From Kudoa neothunni (Eukaryota; Animalia; Cnidaria), in NCBI GenBank assembly GCA_964304625.1, contig OZ199838.1:7520035-7584034 (forward strand): DNA of 64,000 bases, given 5' to 3'. This document shows, one piece after another, positions 25,853 through 39,019 of this stretch. The number at the start of each line of letters is the position of its first letter. Within the stretch, counting starts at the first letter, position 1. A program made the translations under genes and the position numbers. The notes under the pieces are model-generated. The model worked only from the letters and a program-made list of their open reading frames with translations, had not been told where the DNA came from and made no database searches.

Positions 25853-28800
25853 GTGTGGAATTCCAGAATGATATAAAAGCTACACAAGATTTTGTTTCAA
25901 TAATAAAAAATAAGAGAACAGAAGTTCCATATGTAACGAATCGGTTTCTGGTATCTATAAATAGCGTCGGCCGAATGTATCCAGGTATTAATGAGCTAAT
26001 TAGTAGAATTCAGATGCTAACGTATCTCGATGAAATTGTTTACGCCTTTCATTTTTATTATGGGGGCTAATACATTTAATTTTTGTTGGAATGGGTAGAT
26101 AGTTTATTTGACAAACTAAGTTTATTAAGTTAAAGTTGAGCCCATTCACTTAAGTTACAGTTAAAGCTGAATTCATAACAAGTTAAAATGGTCCTAAATA
26201 AAAGGTTGGATAACCACTTTTCAAGGTATAAATATATACAGCAGAATGAAAAAATATTATATTGCCTTTGATCCAAAAGCATCATACTGGTAAGATAACG
26301 TATATAATATGTAATATAATTATTTCAAAAAAAATTATAGGTACAAACAAGCAGCTACAGTTCCAATAAATGTAGTTATTTTGATTAAAAGGTAATCGCG
26401 TCAATTTTTTTGTTTATTAAAGTTCCATAAAGTTCGTTGAGTATGATCTCAAAAATAACCATCGCCCAATTTTCTGCATATCGTTTGTTGGAAATATTAA
26501 AACGTTCGGATTACATAACAATATTTTATGTAACACGACTGCCAGAATTCGAAAATTCATCAATAATACCTAAATATAGTTTTATGAAGAGGGCGGGCGT
26601 ACCATTATAAAATCCATTCTTAATTATGACAAGCTCATAAGTGGAAGTTTCCACAATATTATGGTATATTATTAGATTTAATTTGATAAGTTAATTACTG
26701 ACCACATTTTAGCAATATAAACTGGCTTTGAATTATTTTCTCAATCAAAAAATTACATTTGGATTTCCTAATTCTACTTACGCTATCTACAAAACACTCC
26801 CATACTTGGACGTAATTTTTATTGGTTGGCTGTTCTGCTTATTCTAACCCATTTTTTAATCTGAGTAAGAAATATAATACCTTGGTAAATTCACTTGAAA
26901 TATTGCGATTATTTTAATTAATTAATTAATATCCACATGGATTAAATTTCGATAGAACTATATTTGTGGGAATTTAAAAAGGTACACAAAATTTAATTAG
27001 AAAAATAAAAACTTTTAATCATAGTCAAATATAGATACATTATCAAAGTTTTAACTTCTAATTATTTTAGATTTCGTTGACTTCAAAAAGAGGAAAAGTA
27101 CCTTTAATAATGTAAAGAATGATATAATTTTTGATCATTAATACGGTATAGGCTCTCTTAATTAGAATACTTAGTTTTTGAGGTAATTGCGATTGGTTTA
27201 TTTTATTAAAAAATAAGTGAACAAAGCCAAAAATAAAATACATGTCAGTAACAATTAATTAAATTTATTAGTGTGCAAACTCAGTAAATTGTCAAAAAAT
27301 ATTTATTTATCTGACAGATGGTGATGACAACGTTGATAGCGTTAAAGCGATACTAAACAGCATAAAAACTTCCCAGAATGTAAAGATTATACCAATGAAT
27401 ATACTCTACTATCCAAACAATAGATTAGATTCCATTATTATGTCGTTGGAAATGGAATGGTTTCACCTAAACTGCGTTCCCTCTTCCGATTTACTTCATT
27501 TGTGTCGTGTTTCAAGACTTTTCCTACGATAGACACTGTTGTGAACGATATTTTCGTATCAATCAAATTAGGTGTTGAACAAAATTACCAGGCCTCTTAG
27601 ATGCTATACGATTTGATTGTTCTGTCCAGAGATGACACCGTCACGTCGAAATTTCAACATTTAACTCCAATATCAAACAGTTTTGAGGTATTAAATCTGA
27701 TTAAATCTGATTAAACTGTTAAATAATGTTATTTTATTTACATATATAGGGAAATTTCAAATCTACTGTTCTAATAAGTCCATATTTTATCAAAGAAAAA
27801 GTTCATAGTGTGATTTGATTTATAAAAAGTTCATATTATAATTTAAAATTTAGTACGATAAAAAAATTATTGGAGTTATTGCTTATCAAATCCATCACGA
27901 AATGCTTACAAAATATATGGAGAATTTTTTGGTAGCCCCCATATACATAATTTATTTCGAGTTGATTTGGACTTTAGATGCCTTCATTATCAAAATATGC
28001 TATATTGGACAACCTTGGGAAGGTGATTGTACATCCTCATTTGTTATACACCTCGGTCGACATTGGGGATACTATCCTTACTCAATCGTTGGATTTTATT
28101 GAAAGAATTTCAGATACTGTGATTTAAAACAGCTAACTGTAAAGTCTACATTAAGTGAAATTAGATAATGACGGAAAATGGTGATCACAAGACTGCATTA
28201 GTCGCATATTCATCCGACCTGAATGTAACTCATTTCATGACCAACAGCGCAATATCGGGTTTAGATTGTTATACCAACCCGTTTACAAATTATTGAGACA
28301 AAACTCGGAACAGGAAAAAAGTCTTCAACGTAAAATAACGCATAATTTAGCCTGCATCTAGGTTAGTGTTGTATTGGCCTACTAAATTGAAATACAAAAT
28401 TTTCATGACCAATTCATCTTTAAATCAAATAATCGAAACCTACAAACAACTGGATCTTTTGGATGACGATTATATATCAACTTATCACATACCGGAATGG
28501 TAGGCTGATAGTTACTTTATTCTATTCCTTACCATTTACAAAAGGAATCTGTGTAACGAGGCTGTATTCAAGTCGAACTTTGAACATTTCTACATATACG
28601 GAGATATGAAGACATACGTTGATCTTTTAAAGAATGAACATATTAAAAATTGTAATTCCCATTTTATGCTATTCATAAAAATTTCAAAATTCTTACTACT
28701 AATATCTCGTTTATTCTTCTTAGGTTTTGTGACAAAATTCCTCTAAAGATTTATTTATATTTCTTCCATTAACAATTAACAAATATATCTCCAATAATTT

Positions 28801-31224
28801 AATTTTAATCGTTCCTTTAAACCACAGTTTAATACTTGATAAAAATTAATTATCAATTTAGTGGAAAACATTTTTTAGATCATTTTTTTTGATTGTAGGT
28901 AATAACAAGATATTGAGTACAATTATTTTTGAAATGATAACACTCAAAGATATATTAAATTGGGACGTTAATACATCTCTAGAGTAAGTTTCAGTTTCAA
29001 ATTTATGTATTATATGTTTCCAAGCGATAATATCGTCTATTTGTATATGGGATCTCAATCTGGACTCTCGAAACATGTCAACACAAAGTAACAAATGATA
29101 ATAATATTCCTGATTGGTAAACAAAAATAGACTTGAAGTGCATATCGCCAGAAACGTGTGGAGATGGGAATCATTTTTAAAAGCTTCCCATCATATGGAT
29201 CCAGAACTGAAAGCCATTATTGGTCTGAAAACTTTGCAAAACATATCCGTTGTGCAAAGTGTGATTCCCATTTATATAACTCATAATGATACTACGGTGC
29301 TGGCATCAAGTAATTTCGTTCCACAGATGACTTTATCGGAGATATCATTATAGTTTTGGGAGTACTATTTAAGGCCAATAAAACATATACAAATATAATT
29401 CAAGATGCGGAAGAATATGTAAATCCTAACCGATCAGTAATGTTTAAATTATTGTTGTTTGACGAAACTCACAATATATTTTTAGATACCATATAGTTGT
29501 AGGGCGTCAACGGTATTTTTATATAATAGAACAAAATAATGTATAACCTTAGAACTTTTCGTGTTATATTCTAAATGACATTGGAGAGGTAGTCGCTACC
29601 AATTCGGATGATTTGAAGGTATTTATTTGACTTCAAAATATTCCCACGAATCGTTTTACATTGAGTTACACTTAAATATTGATTGATATTAGTTAAACAT
29701 TGTGTTTAGTAATTATATTAGTACTGAAGGAACATCTTAATTATTTACTTACTGTCATTTTAATTCAATTGTATAAAAAATTTTTTAGTTTATAAAAATT
29801 TGATTATTTTTTTAGCTAAACACGAAAAAGGAATTTTATTTAAAATAGAAGAATTTCTATAAGAAAAAAGCTTTTATGAGTAACTGACTTGATATTTATT
29901 GACAGACACAATTAAAAATAAGAATACTTATATACGAATACACATAAAAATGTATAGAATAACATTTATTTAATTGATATATTAGAGAATTAAAAAATTA
30001 TAAGACAGTTTATTCCAGGTATAAACCTGTTTATTATATTCCTATATTGTAACGTTTTCTTCATCACAACTCATTTATAAATCCAGATTATTTAAATATA
30101 ACTTATTATAAGTATATATAAATTAATTCTGATTTAATTATTTTAAACATATTTGAATAAAAACATGTATTTTATTCAGTAAGGAGAGAAAATAAATTAA
30201 AAAATCCTAACATTAATAAGAATCGAAAGAGTTCGAAAAAACTGATATTAATATATTTTACATAATTTCTTGTCAAAAATTCTGGTTCTCATTTATAATT
30301 TTTTTTCGTTATCACTATGGAGATATACTCGAGTTTTTAATGCCGAAATGTAGAAAAACTGTTATCATGAGTGTCTGAAGATTTAGATATAAAAATTAAT
30401 ACATCAGTATTCTGCTGTCTAACTTGATCGATAATTTCATAATTAAAAATGATATTTTTTTATTTAAGCTTGGCCAAAAAGTAACTCCAATTAACCACCC
30501 TACATTATACGATATTCTTGCGAGCAGAGACGTATGCCAAACGTATGATTCATTTGGAATGTAGAAAAAACATTTATTTTCTTTAGCGTTGACGTTGTTT
30601 ATCCTCAAAACAATTGTTTGGTTTGTGCCAATCCAGATACAGATTTTGGGCATATCCTTGCTGTATTTTTATAATATTAGGTCATTTTAATCGTATTTAG
30701 ACTATGACTTCTTACTTTATCTCCAAATTTACGGCACTTTGGTAATTTGATATGTAAAATGAACAAAATTTTATTATTTTTAGGATGATTTTCCAATTTT
30801 TTTTCATAAGATTTTATCAGGGTCGTTTAGAATATATGCATCTTAATTATTACTCCAAATTGAATTTCTAGCACATGTTATCAAACAGGAGTACACCTGC
30901 TTGAAACCGCTAAGAAAGCTATGGTGTGGAGAATTCAGTGGCTATATCGACGGTTATATTTTTTTATATTACTGCTGTTAAAACTTACGAATTAGGAAAC
31001 TACACTTGTTTCAATAATACAAAAGCCTTCTACTCAGTTAGTTCCATTCCCCATACAAATTTATTACTCGTATTACTTGAAAAAACCTGCAACACGACCT
31101 ATGTTGTAGATGGTAATTTAAACTATTTTAATTAGAGTTTTATTGAGTTATAGAATATGCGGGTTGTATCCCACCATACAGGCAATATCGGACGGTTCTC
31201 AAAAGGGGATGTATACATTCAAAG
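25853..31224 (+). CDS. Divergent voltage-gated calcium channel alpha2/delta-like (VWA + Cache domain) protein; many short exons, ends not resolved
   Basis: Spliced peptides in alpha2/delta order: GRMYPG...FDPKASYWYKQAATVPINVVILI, IFIYLTDG, LLGVIAYQI, YAILDNLGKVIVHPHL, IPHTNLLLVLLEKTC, YRQYRTVLKRGCIH. The introns I checked are in phase. Confidence 0.75.
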
Positions 31225-31493
31225 GTAGTCTTCAAAAATTTTCCCCATTAAATTGTTTAACATTTTTTAAATATCGGAAACGGCTAAACTTTTATATAAG
31301 ACCCCCCCCCCCCCTAATCCGACTTAACGAAATATTATTACAGCAACATAGAAAAACTTTATCAAAAACTATAAAATCACCTATCTAAATAATTGGCAAT
31401 TAAATTTTTTTAATGATGATTAAAACCACCCCATAATTTCGATTTGTTTTTTTCTCCTTCATCGAAATTCGCTAAGGAATTCATTGATGCGGT

Positions 31494-31612
31494 TGTAACA
31501 ATACTACGCGTACATTAAACAGGAGAGCGGAGGCTCTGCTAAACCACTAATAACCTATATAGTATTTTTAGTCGTATTGGTGCATTTATTCAGTGAGTAT
31601 CTATTCGCAATA
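31494..31612 (+). repeat. 5' LTR (119 bp)
   Basis: Starts TGT. Direct repeat of 35338-35454 with 8 substitutions and one 2-nt indel. Followed by a PBS resembling the tRNA-Leu complement. Confidence 0.93.
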
Positions 31613-34600
31613 ATGGTGTCAGAGGAAAAAGCCATCAACATGTTCGATTTTAATGACGAAATAGACGCCCAATTACTGGAAATTCGATGGCTGGCGACAA
31701 AAAAGTCCTGGACTGAAACCTAGCACTATGCTCATATTCTTCTATGCATTCCCTGATCAATACGTAGTCTTATCGTACCACCTGATGTAGGAGACATTCG
31801 AAATAACATTAACATGTTAGAAACCAGCGTAAAAATTACTCACGGTCTTTATGTAGTCCGTATCAACTTCTGAAACGCTTTGAGGAAGCTACGCTGGAAC
31901 CACGCGAACAAATCTTGGAATATTACCAAAGACTTTTCACACTTCTGATGGGAGATAGACCAAATTCATCCCAAGTTGATCTAAATTTTTGGATCAGACC
32001 TAAAATCATAGCGGCCGGCCCACTTAGAGATAGGGCAACGCTACAAGCACTTAGTTCTGGAAATATCCAAGTCTCATTGAAAATACTCAACTTTTCGTTG
32101 ATTATGAGAAACAACAGTTAGACCCCCAGGTGTCTTCAATATCCAGAAGAAATGTTTACGAATGCAAAGGACTTGCCGTCCGTAAAATATGAAACGAACG
32201 AGGTCACACGGCAAAAAAATGTTGGCGTCAGGGAAACGTGAAAAGGGTGTGACTTCCGCGGGGGGTACACACCCTTCAACCAATAAACAAGCACAATAGA
32301 ATATCATCAATTGAAGAAGCCAACGTTATCCGCCAAAATGAACCTCTTATTTGTAAAATCATAGTTCTGCCTTCAGGCAAAACATACAATGCATTAATCG
32401 ATACTGGCTCGACGTACAGTCTTGTAGATACGAGAATTTCTGTTGATAATCCATTAATCCGATGTTATAACAAACTTCAAGTTGCAAATGGTAACCCACA
32501 AAAAATTGGGTTCAAAACTAACTTGTTTGTCGATTTTTTTGGAAAAGTGATGTCTCACACATTTCTTGTGGCTAATGAACTTGTCTACGGTGCAATTATT
32601 AGCGCGACTTTATCAATTCTCACTTGACCATTGAAACCAAAATGCAAAACAAAACGAATTCAAATATGAATACTTGCTATGTTGAGCAGAGGAGTAATCG
32701 GAATTCTACAATAAATCCGGACAAAATTCTCGAAAAATATAGATGTTTTTGTAATGATATTCGCGGACTACCCACTTCTAAAAATGCGTCTCTTGACATT
32801 TCAACTAACGGTTCGAAGCCAATTGCACAACGTCCATATAGAATACCCTACCTTTACAAATATGAAGTAACTCAACAATTGAAGGAGAGGCTTTATTGTG
32901 GAATTATGCGGCGTTCAAGAAGTCCTTGGTGTGCACCAGTTGTCATTACGCAGAAAAAGGACAAATCAATAAGACTATGTGTGGATTACCGAAAACTGAA
33001 CGACATCACCGTAAAAGATGAGTATCCATTACCTTTACTTGATGACACAATAGACAAACTGGCTGGATCTACTATATTCTCTTCATTAGACTTAAAATCG
33101 GGATACTGGCAGATCCCTATAGCTAAGGATTATATCCCCAAAACGGCGTTCTCACCTGGTCATGGCGAAGGCATCTACGAATTTTTGAAAATGCCTTTTG
33201 AACTAGTCAACAGCCCAGCCACCTTCCAACGTGCTTTGGATAATATGCTTCGTGAAAGTCCATATGCTATTGCATACATGGATGATATCGTCGTATTTTC
33301 TAAACATCATGATGATCATTTGCATCACCTTGAAAAAGTATTGAAATTGCTGAAAGACGAGAACCTTGCGGTAAATCCATCAAAAAGTAAATTTTTCCAA
33401 ACTGAGTTCCATTATTAAGGATTTGTCATATCCAACAATGGTATTGCCAATGATCCAGATAGAGTCGAATCTATAAAAAACTGGAAAATACCTCGCGATA
33501 AAAAAGACTTAATCATTTCTTGGCGCTGTCAACTTCTTTCGTAGACATGTAAAGAATCTAGCCGAGTTGACCGTCCCTTTGCACAACACTAATTGAACCT
33601 AAAACCGATTTTATATGGTCAAGCACTAAAGATGATATTTTTCAAAAAGTTAAACAATCTGTTTCACAATCTAAAAGACTCAGTTTTCCTGATTTGTCCA
33701 AATCGTTCATTGTCGAATGCGATGCCTCAAATACGGCATTTGGAGGTGTGCTAACGCAAGAGAATGACACAAATGTGGTAATTGCTTATACCAGTAAAAA
33801 ATTCAATAGAAGAGAACTGAAATATTCCACAACAGATCGAGAAGCTCTAGCGGTGATACATGCCGTCAGAAAATTCAGACCATATCTGATAGGGAAAAGA
33901 TTTCGTATCGTGACTGACCACAATCCTCTTGTAACTCTGAAGAAAATTAAAGACCCCAGGAAGGAGAAGTCGATGGCTGATGGAGCTACAAGAACACGAT
34001 TTTGACGTGACATACAAACCTAGTTCGTCAAATATACTTGCCGACGCCCTTTCTCGAAGCATTTGTAACGTAACAGAATTTTGTGGAATAAATACCGATG
34101 AGATTACCAAAAACCAAGAATCAGATAAATCTATATTGTGTCTAAAAAATTACTCCCTCCATGGCGAAATACCCAACACTGACGATGAAGAAACCAGTGC
34201 TCTCTGGAAAAAGAGAAAAAAACTTAGAATTATTAATGGTTTATTCTTCTTTAGCTCACGTGTTGGAGACTGGTTATGCCTAAAGTTAACAGAGGTGATA
34301 TCATTCGACTTATTCATGACCACGACGCATCACATTCAGGCGTTACCAAGACGTCTCAAGTAATATGAAGGATGTGTTTTTGGCCGAATATCGAGAGGGA
34401 TGTACAAACATATATATCTAATTGTAATGTGTGCCTTAAAACTAAAATTCCAATTCACATGAAAAAAGGTGAACTCATACCCATACCGGCGGAAGGGCCT
34501 GGAATCGTGTGGCATATTGATTTTTATAGGGCCCTTACCGTCTACTATAGATAATAATCAGTTTATAATAATTATGGCCGACCAATTCACAAAATGGGTT

Positions 34601-35337
34601 GAAGCCAAAAGATTGATGACAATTACGGCTGAAAATACCGTTGGAGATGTATTAGAATTAATTGTATCAAGGCATAGTATACCGCAAAGAATTCAATTCA
34701 CACTGATGGAGGTCGCCAATTCGACTCTGCAATTTTTGGAGAATTGTGTTCGAACCTAAGCATTAACCACTCCATGTCTACCCCATACCATCCGGAAGGG
34801 AACGAAATGGCGGAACTACAAGTTAGAAATCTCATAGAAAAATTATGCATCCTTATTGAATCGAAAAATTTAAAATGGGACTAAGTCCTAGAAATGGCAC
34901 TTTTCGCGATACGCACAACGACTTCGGACCCTACTAAATGGTCACCAGCATAACTTACATACGAAGGAAAGTTACACACAAAGGCTCAAATGCAACTCAC
35001 TAAAGCTTCACCTGGTAAATTAGTCATATGCAACAATGCCTAGGTCGAAGCGAAGCGATGAAAAATATTGATAGATCTCAAATCAAGCAGGAATCCCATC
35101 ATGATCTAAAATCAACAATAAGTCATTATAAGATTGGTGATCATGTGTTTATGCGTAATCGAAATGCGACGTCACTGGCCTCTAAATTTATTGGACCGTA
35201 TGAACTGGTTAAAGGATCACATCCCAACTACATCGTAAAAAGTGCAGGGCAAAGTTATCTTGTCCATTTTAATGATTTAACCAAAAATGAAACTGCTAAA
35301 CAAGATAGTCGCCCTAAATCATCGTGGAGAGGAACAA

Positions 35338-35454
35338 TGTAATAATACTACGCTTACATTAAACAGGAGAGCGGCGGCTCTGATAAACCACTAATAACCT
35401 ATATAGTATTTAGTCATATTGGTGCATTTACTCAGTGAGTATCGATTCGCTATA
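35338..35454 (+). repeat. 3' LTR (117 bp)
   Basis: Preceded by purine tract GGAGAGGAACAA; direct repeat of 31494-31612. Confidence 0.93.
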
Positions 35455-36617
35455 GCCATCGATGCTGACAGAACCATCTTCATTAACTGAAGAGGTTCTG
35501 TTTGTTGGTGATATTTTGTATTTGATGGCTTCCTAGGTACCTTCTATGGTATTTGTATGTGCTCCTGTGAAGCTATCAACATATTCTATACTGTGATTTA
35601 CGGTGAGCTAAGTATAGAAATAGTGGAGTATTCCATAATTTTTGAAACAATCAGTTATTATGACAGATCCGGGTTTAATACAAGTTTTAATTTTTTGGAT
35701 TGAAGTCTCAGCTGACCTATCTGGAATTTCCGCTAAAAACATTTTTCTTTCAGGAGTTTTTTCCACGCCACCAAGAACCCATGCTCTGTTAACATCATGA
35801 CATCGGTTATGTTTGACCTTGCCAAAGTTGGACTCATCGATCTCAACTATTATGTTTTCTCCACCAATAATATCCGAAAATTCCAAATTATCAGACGCCA
35901 TTTTCCGGAGATAATGAGAATAATTACTGATAGTTTTGGAAGTGACCAGTGATTGTTGTCAGGTGGGCGCTTTTTACTCCTACCAACCAATAATAAGCTA
36001 TGTCCAAGAAATCGTGGACTTTAATTTTCATATTGTCGAAAAAAGTTGATTCAAAAATAGAAATTTCTCTCCTGTAAGCCTTTGAGGAACATCGCCAATT
36101 TTTTCTATGATCGAAAACCGTGGTTCTCAACTCTTGATACAGTTAGAAGATGCATTGAAGACACCGTTCTCGATAAGATAAATGATAGAGCTGTATTCGT
36201 TGCAAAATATGTTATGAAAGGACTTCCTCGGTGCGATCACTTAGATAGAGTTAACCATCGACATTCGGCAAATCATTAAATACTGCATTTTGTTATATTC
36301 ATTCCTACAATGCGGCAATATTATATAGGGCAACATGTCTTAAGCCGAATTTTTCTTACTTCTTAAAAAGCCGAAAAATTAGCGGGGGGTCTAAATCAAA
36401 TGTGATCGTTTAAAACTATTTTGTATCTTTAATTATTATTAAATCTATATGACAATTTATAAAAATATGTATGTAATGCCGCTGACTCATGAATACAAAT
36501 TTAGGGAGAAATGATAACTGTGTGTCCTACCAAGCAAATATGTTGATCCAAGGAAAATAATACACAAAGAAAAATAATCGAATTAACAATTTTAAATCCT
36601 AAAACAATTTCTACTGA

Positions 36618-39019
36618 TTATCTGATTGTTGTTTTATTAGGTTTAAACCTGATTCGTTATTTATGTAAGATTCTGCATCTTGAATTTCCATCTAAATCAA
36701 AACATCTAAATTAGCAGACAGTTTTAAGGGATTACTAATTTATGGTTTTTATCCCATTTTAATTCGTCTGCCATAATATCCACAATTTTAGGGAGTAAAG
36801 TTTTAGCTTTGGAAGGTTCCAAAATTGATAATCGGAATCTTCTAGCAATTAAATCAGTTGTTTTAATTACGTATTCTGACTGACAACAATATCTAATTTC
36901 CTCCTCGGTGAATGGCAATTTATTATCGATTCGATGGAAACCAACAACCCCATCTTTTGTAGCTAGTTCGACTAACTTCAGTGAAGCCATACCATATTTG
37001 AAGGAAAGGTGCCTGGCAATCTATTGAAAAAATTTAGATTTCTTCACGGTAATCGAGAACATAATTATGACGAAAGTTTAAGAGATTATTCAACAATTAA
37101 TAGCATTAAATTTAAACTAAATCAAAAAATGTATAACTACATCTTCTTCGATATGGAATTTATCAATGAGAGATATGTAGAAATAAGGAGTCCAATTTTT
37201 AGAGCCATACAACTTGTAGTCGCTAGTGGAAGCCTCAATGTTAAAGTTGATATTTGATTTGGAGGGAGTTTTCGATGTGTTTAAAGATTTGACAACATGG
37301 CTCATAACATCCTCAGCCATAGATCTGCAGGTTGTCCATTTTCCCCCAGCTATTGTGATAAAATCACCATTGTCTTCAATAACATGACTTCTTGAAATTC
37401 TAGCGGTTTCATTGTTTGACCTGGGTTTTTTATTTATATCCACCACCAACGGTCTGATACCACACCAAGCTGCTTTAATGTCTTTCATGTGAACTATAAA
37501 TATAAAATTTTTGATTAAATAATTGGAAATTTTAATTTAATTGTAATGACTTTGTACATCTTTATTTAAAAATCTATTCAACTCTTTAACTATAAAATCA
37601 ATATCCTTCTGAGTAGATTTAGGTTCGGATGTTATGAGAGATTGGTTGTCGGTTGTTCCAGCCAATGTATAGTCGTTCCAGGGTAATAAGAAAAGAACTC
37701 TGTTATCGGAAGTGTCTGCGTTCAATAAACCCATTGATTTCGGGCTACATTCACCCACAGGTATAAGCATTAAAACAGAGTTTAAAGAATATACCAAAAA
37801 TATCGAGGTAGAATGATATGAGTACCAGAAGCTCCATGGCAAATGTTAACAGCATCCTTGTTGTACATTTTTCGCACACTATCAGTAAAGGGTCCGGTGG
37901 CATTTACAATAACTTTGGCTCTGCATTCAAAAACTTTTCCAGTAGACATATCTTGGCAGATGACTTTGTTACAATCTTAAATAATGTATATATTTTTGTG
38001 GCCCAAATACACAATACCTTTTTCTTGAATTATATCGGTCACTTCGATATAGTTGGCACAGGTAGCCCCATTTTCGATCGAGGACATTGCCAATATCAAA
38101 TTTAAACGTGAATCATCCATTTGGCCATCATAATAAACTACAGAACCACGAAGATTTTCAGTTTTAATTAGTGGAAATTCATCAATAGTTTTTTTCTTGG
38201 AGAGCACATAACTAGCTCGGAAAAACTGCATTCCGGCCACCAGATCGTACAACTTCAGCCCAGCCCAATAGTAAGGTATCTCCCACCATCTAAACGTCTA
38301 TAGTTACACTAATTTACACGTTGTTACGTATAGAGAGGGATCATAATAGGTATGGGGTTGGTAAGATAAGGACAATTTTCCATCAAACGTTTTCTCTCAC
38401 ATAATGCTTCTCTCACCAAAAAATACTAGAATTATGTAAATTCATAATAAAATAAATATTTAATAAACATAATACTTCATTTATATCCAATTTAAAAACG
38501 GCATTTTGAAGATATCTTACTCCTCCGTGAATTAGTTTGGTACTTTTGCTACTGGTCTGACCAGCAAAATCACCACGATCTACCAAAGCTACATTCAGCC
38601 CTTAATTATATACCGATTAATAAAACAACCATGGATGTAGCTCAATACCTTTGACGGATGCGTCAAGCGCAACGGCACATCCTGTAGCTCCTCCTCCAAT
38701 CACAAAAACATCGTAAACACCTTCAAACATTAAATTCTCTATCAACTTATCCCTACAACAAATTTTTTATTCATATATTCGATCACATCGGAATAATATA
38801 CCTTTTAGGTAAGGTAGCTGGCAATTCCATCTTATTATTGAATTTATCATGGGAATATTCTTTCAATAACTACATACATCATATAGAATATAGGTCAATA
38901 AATTAATAGTTTACAACAGGAATCTTTTGATTATATATAGCTAATCCCATAGCAGAAACTGTGCATAAGTAACCAGCTCGTTTTAAGGTAAAATACCTGA
39001 AAAATTTCTCGTAACCCAT
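36618..39019 (-). CDS. GPD2: Mitochondrial FAD-dependent glycerol-3-phosphate dehydrogenase, multi-exon
   Basis: [73 protein letters not shown] at 39019-39017, TAA at 36620-36618. Confidence 0.95.

Larger units (their letters stand above)
31494..35454 (+). mobile_element. Ty3/Gypsy LTR retrotransposon, full length but decayed (~4.0 kb)
   Basis: Domain order gag (GHTAKKC knuckle remnant), PR (ALIDTGS), RT (RLCVDYR, YMDD), RNase H (CDAS, TDHNPL), IN (TPYHPEGN). PBS TGGTGTCAGA at 31614, PPT at 35326-35337, degenerate 5-bp TSD GCGGT/GCCAT. Confidence 0.95.
31282..36408 (-). mobile_element. Merlin transposon copy 2, degenerate, interrupted by the Gypsy element
   Basis: VEIDESNFGKVKHNR, WVLGGVE, IITDCFKNY, HTNTIEG. 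The C-terminal peptide IDG|INEFLSEF is split by the LTR element. Termini (GATCACATTTGATTTAGACCCCCC at right; degenerate counterpart at left) are approximate. Confidence 0.85.
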
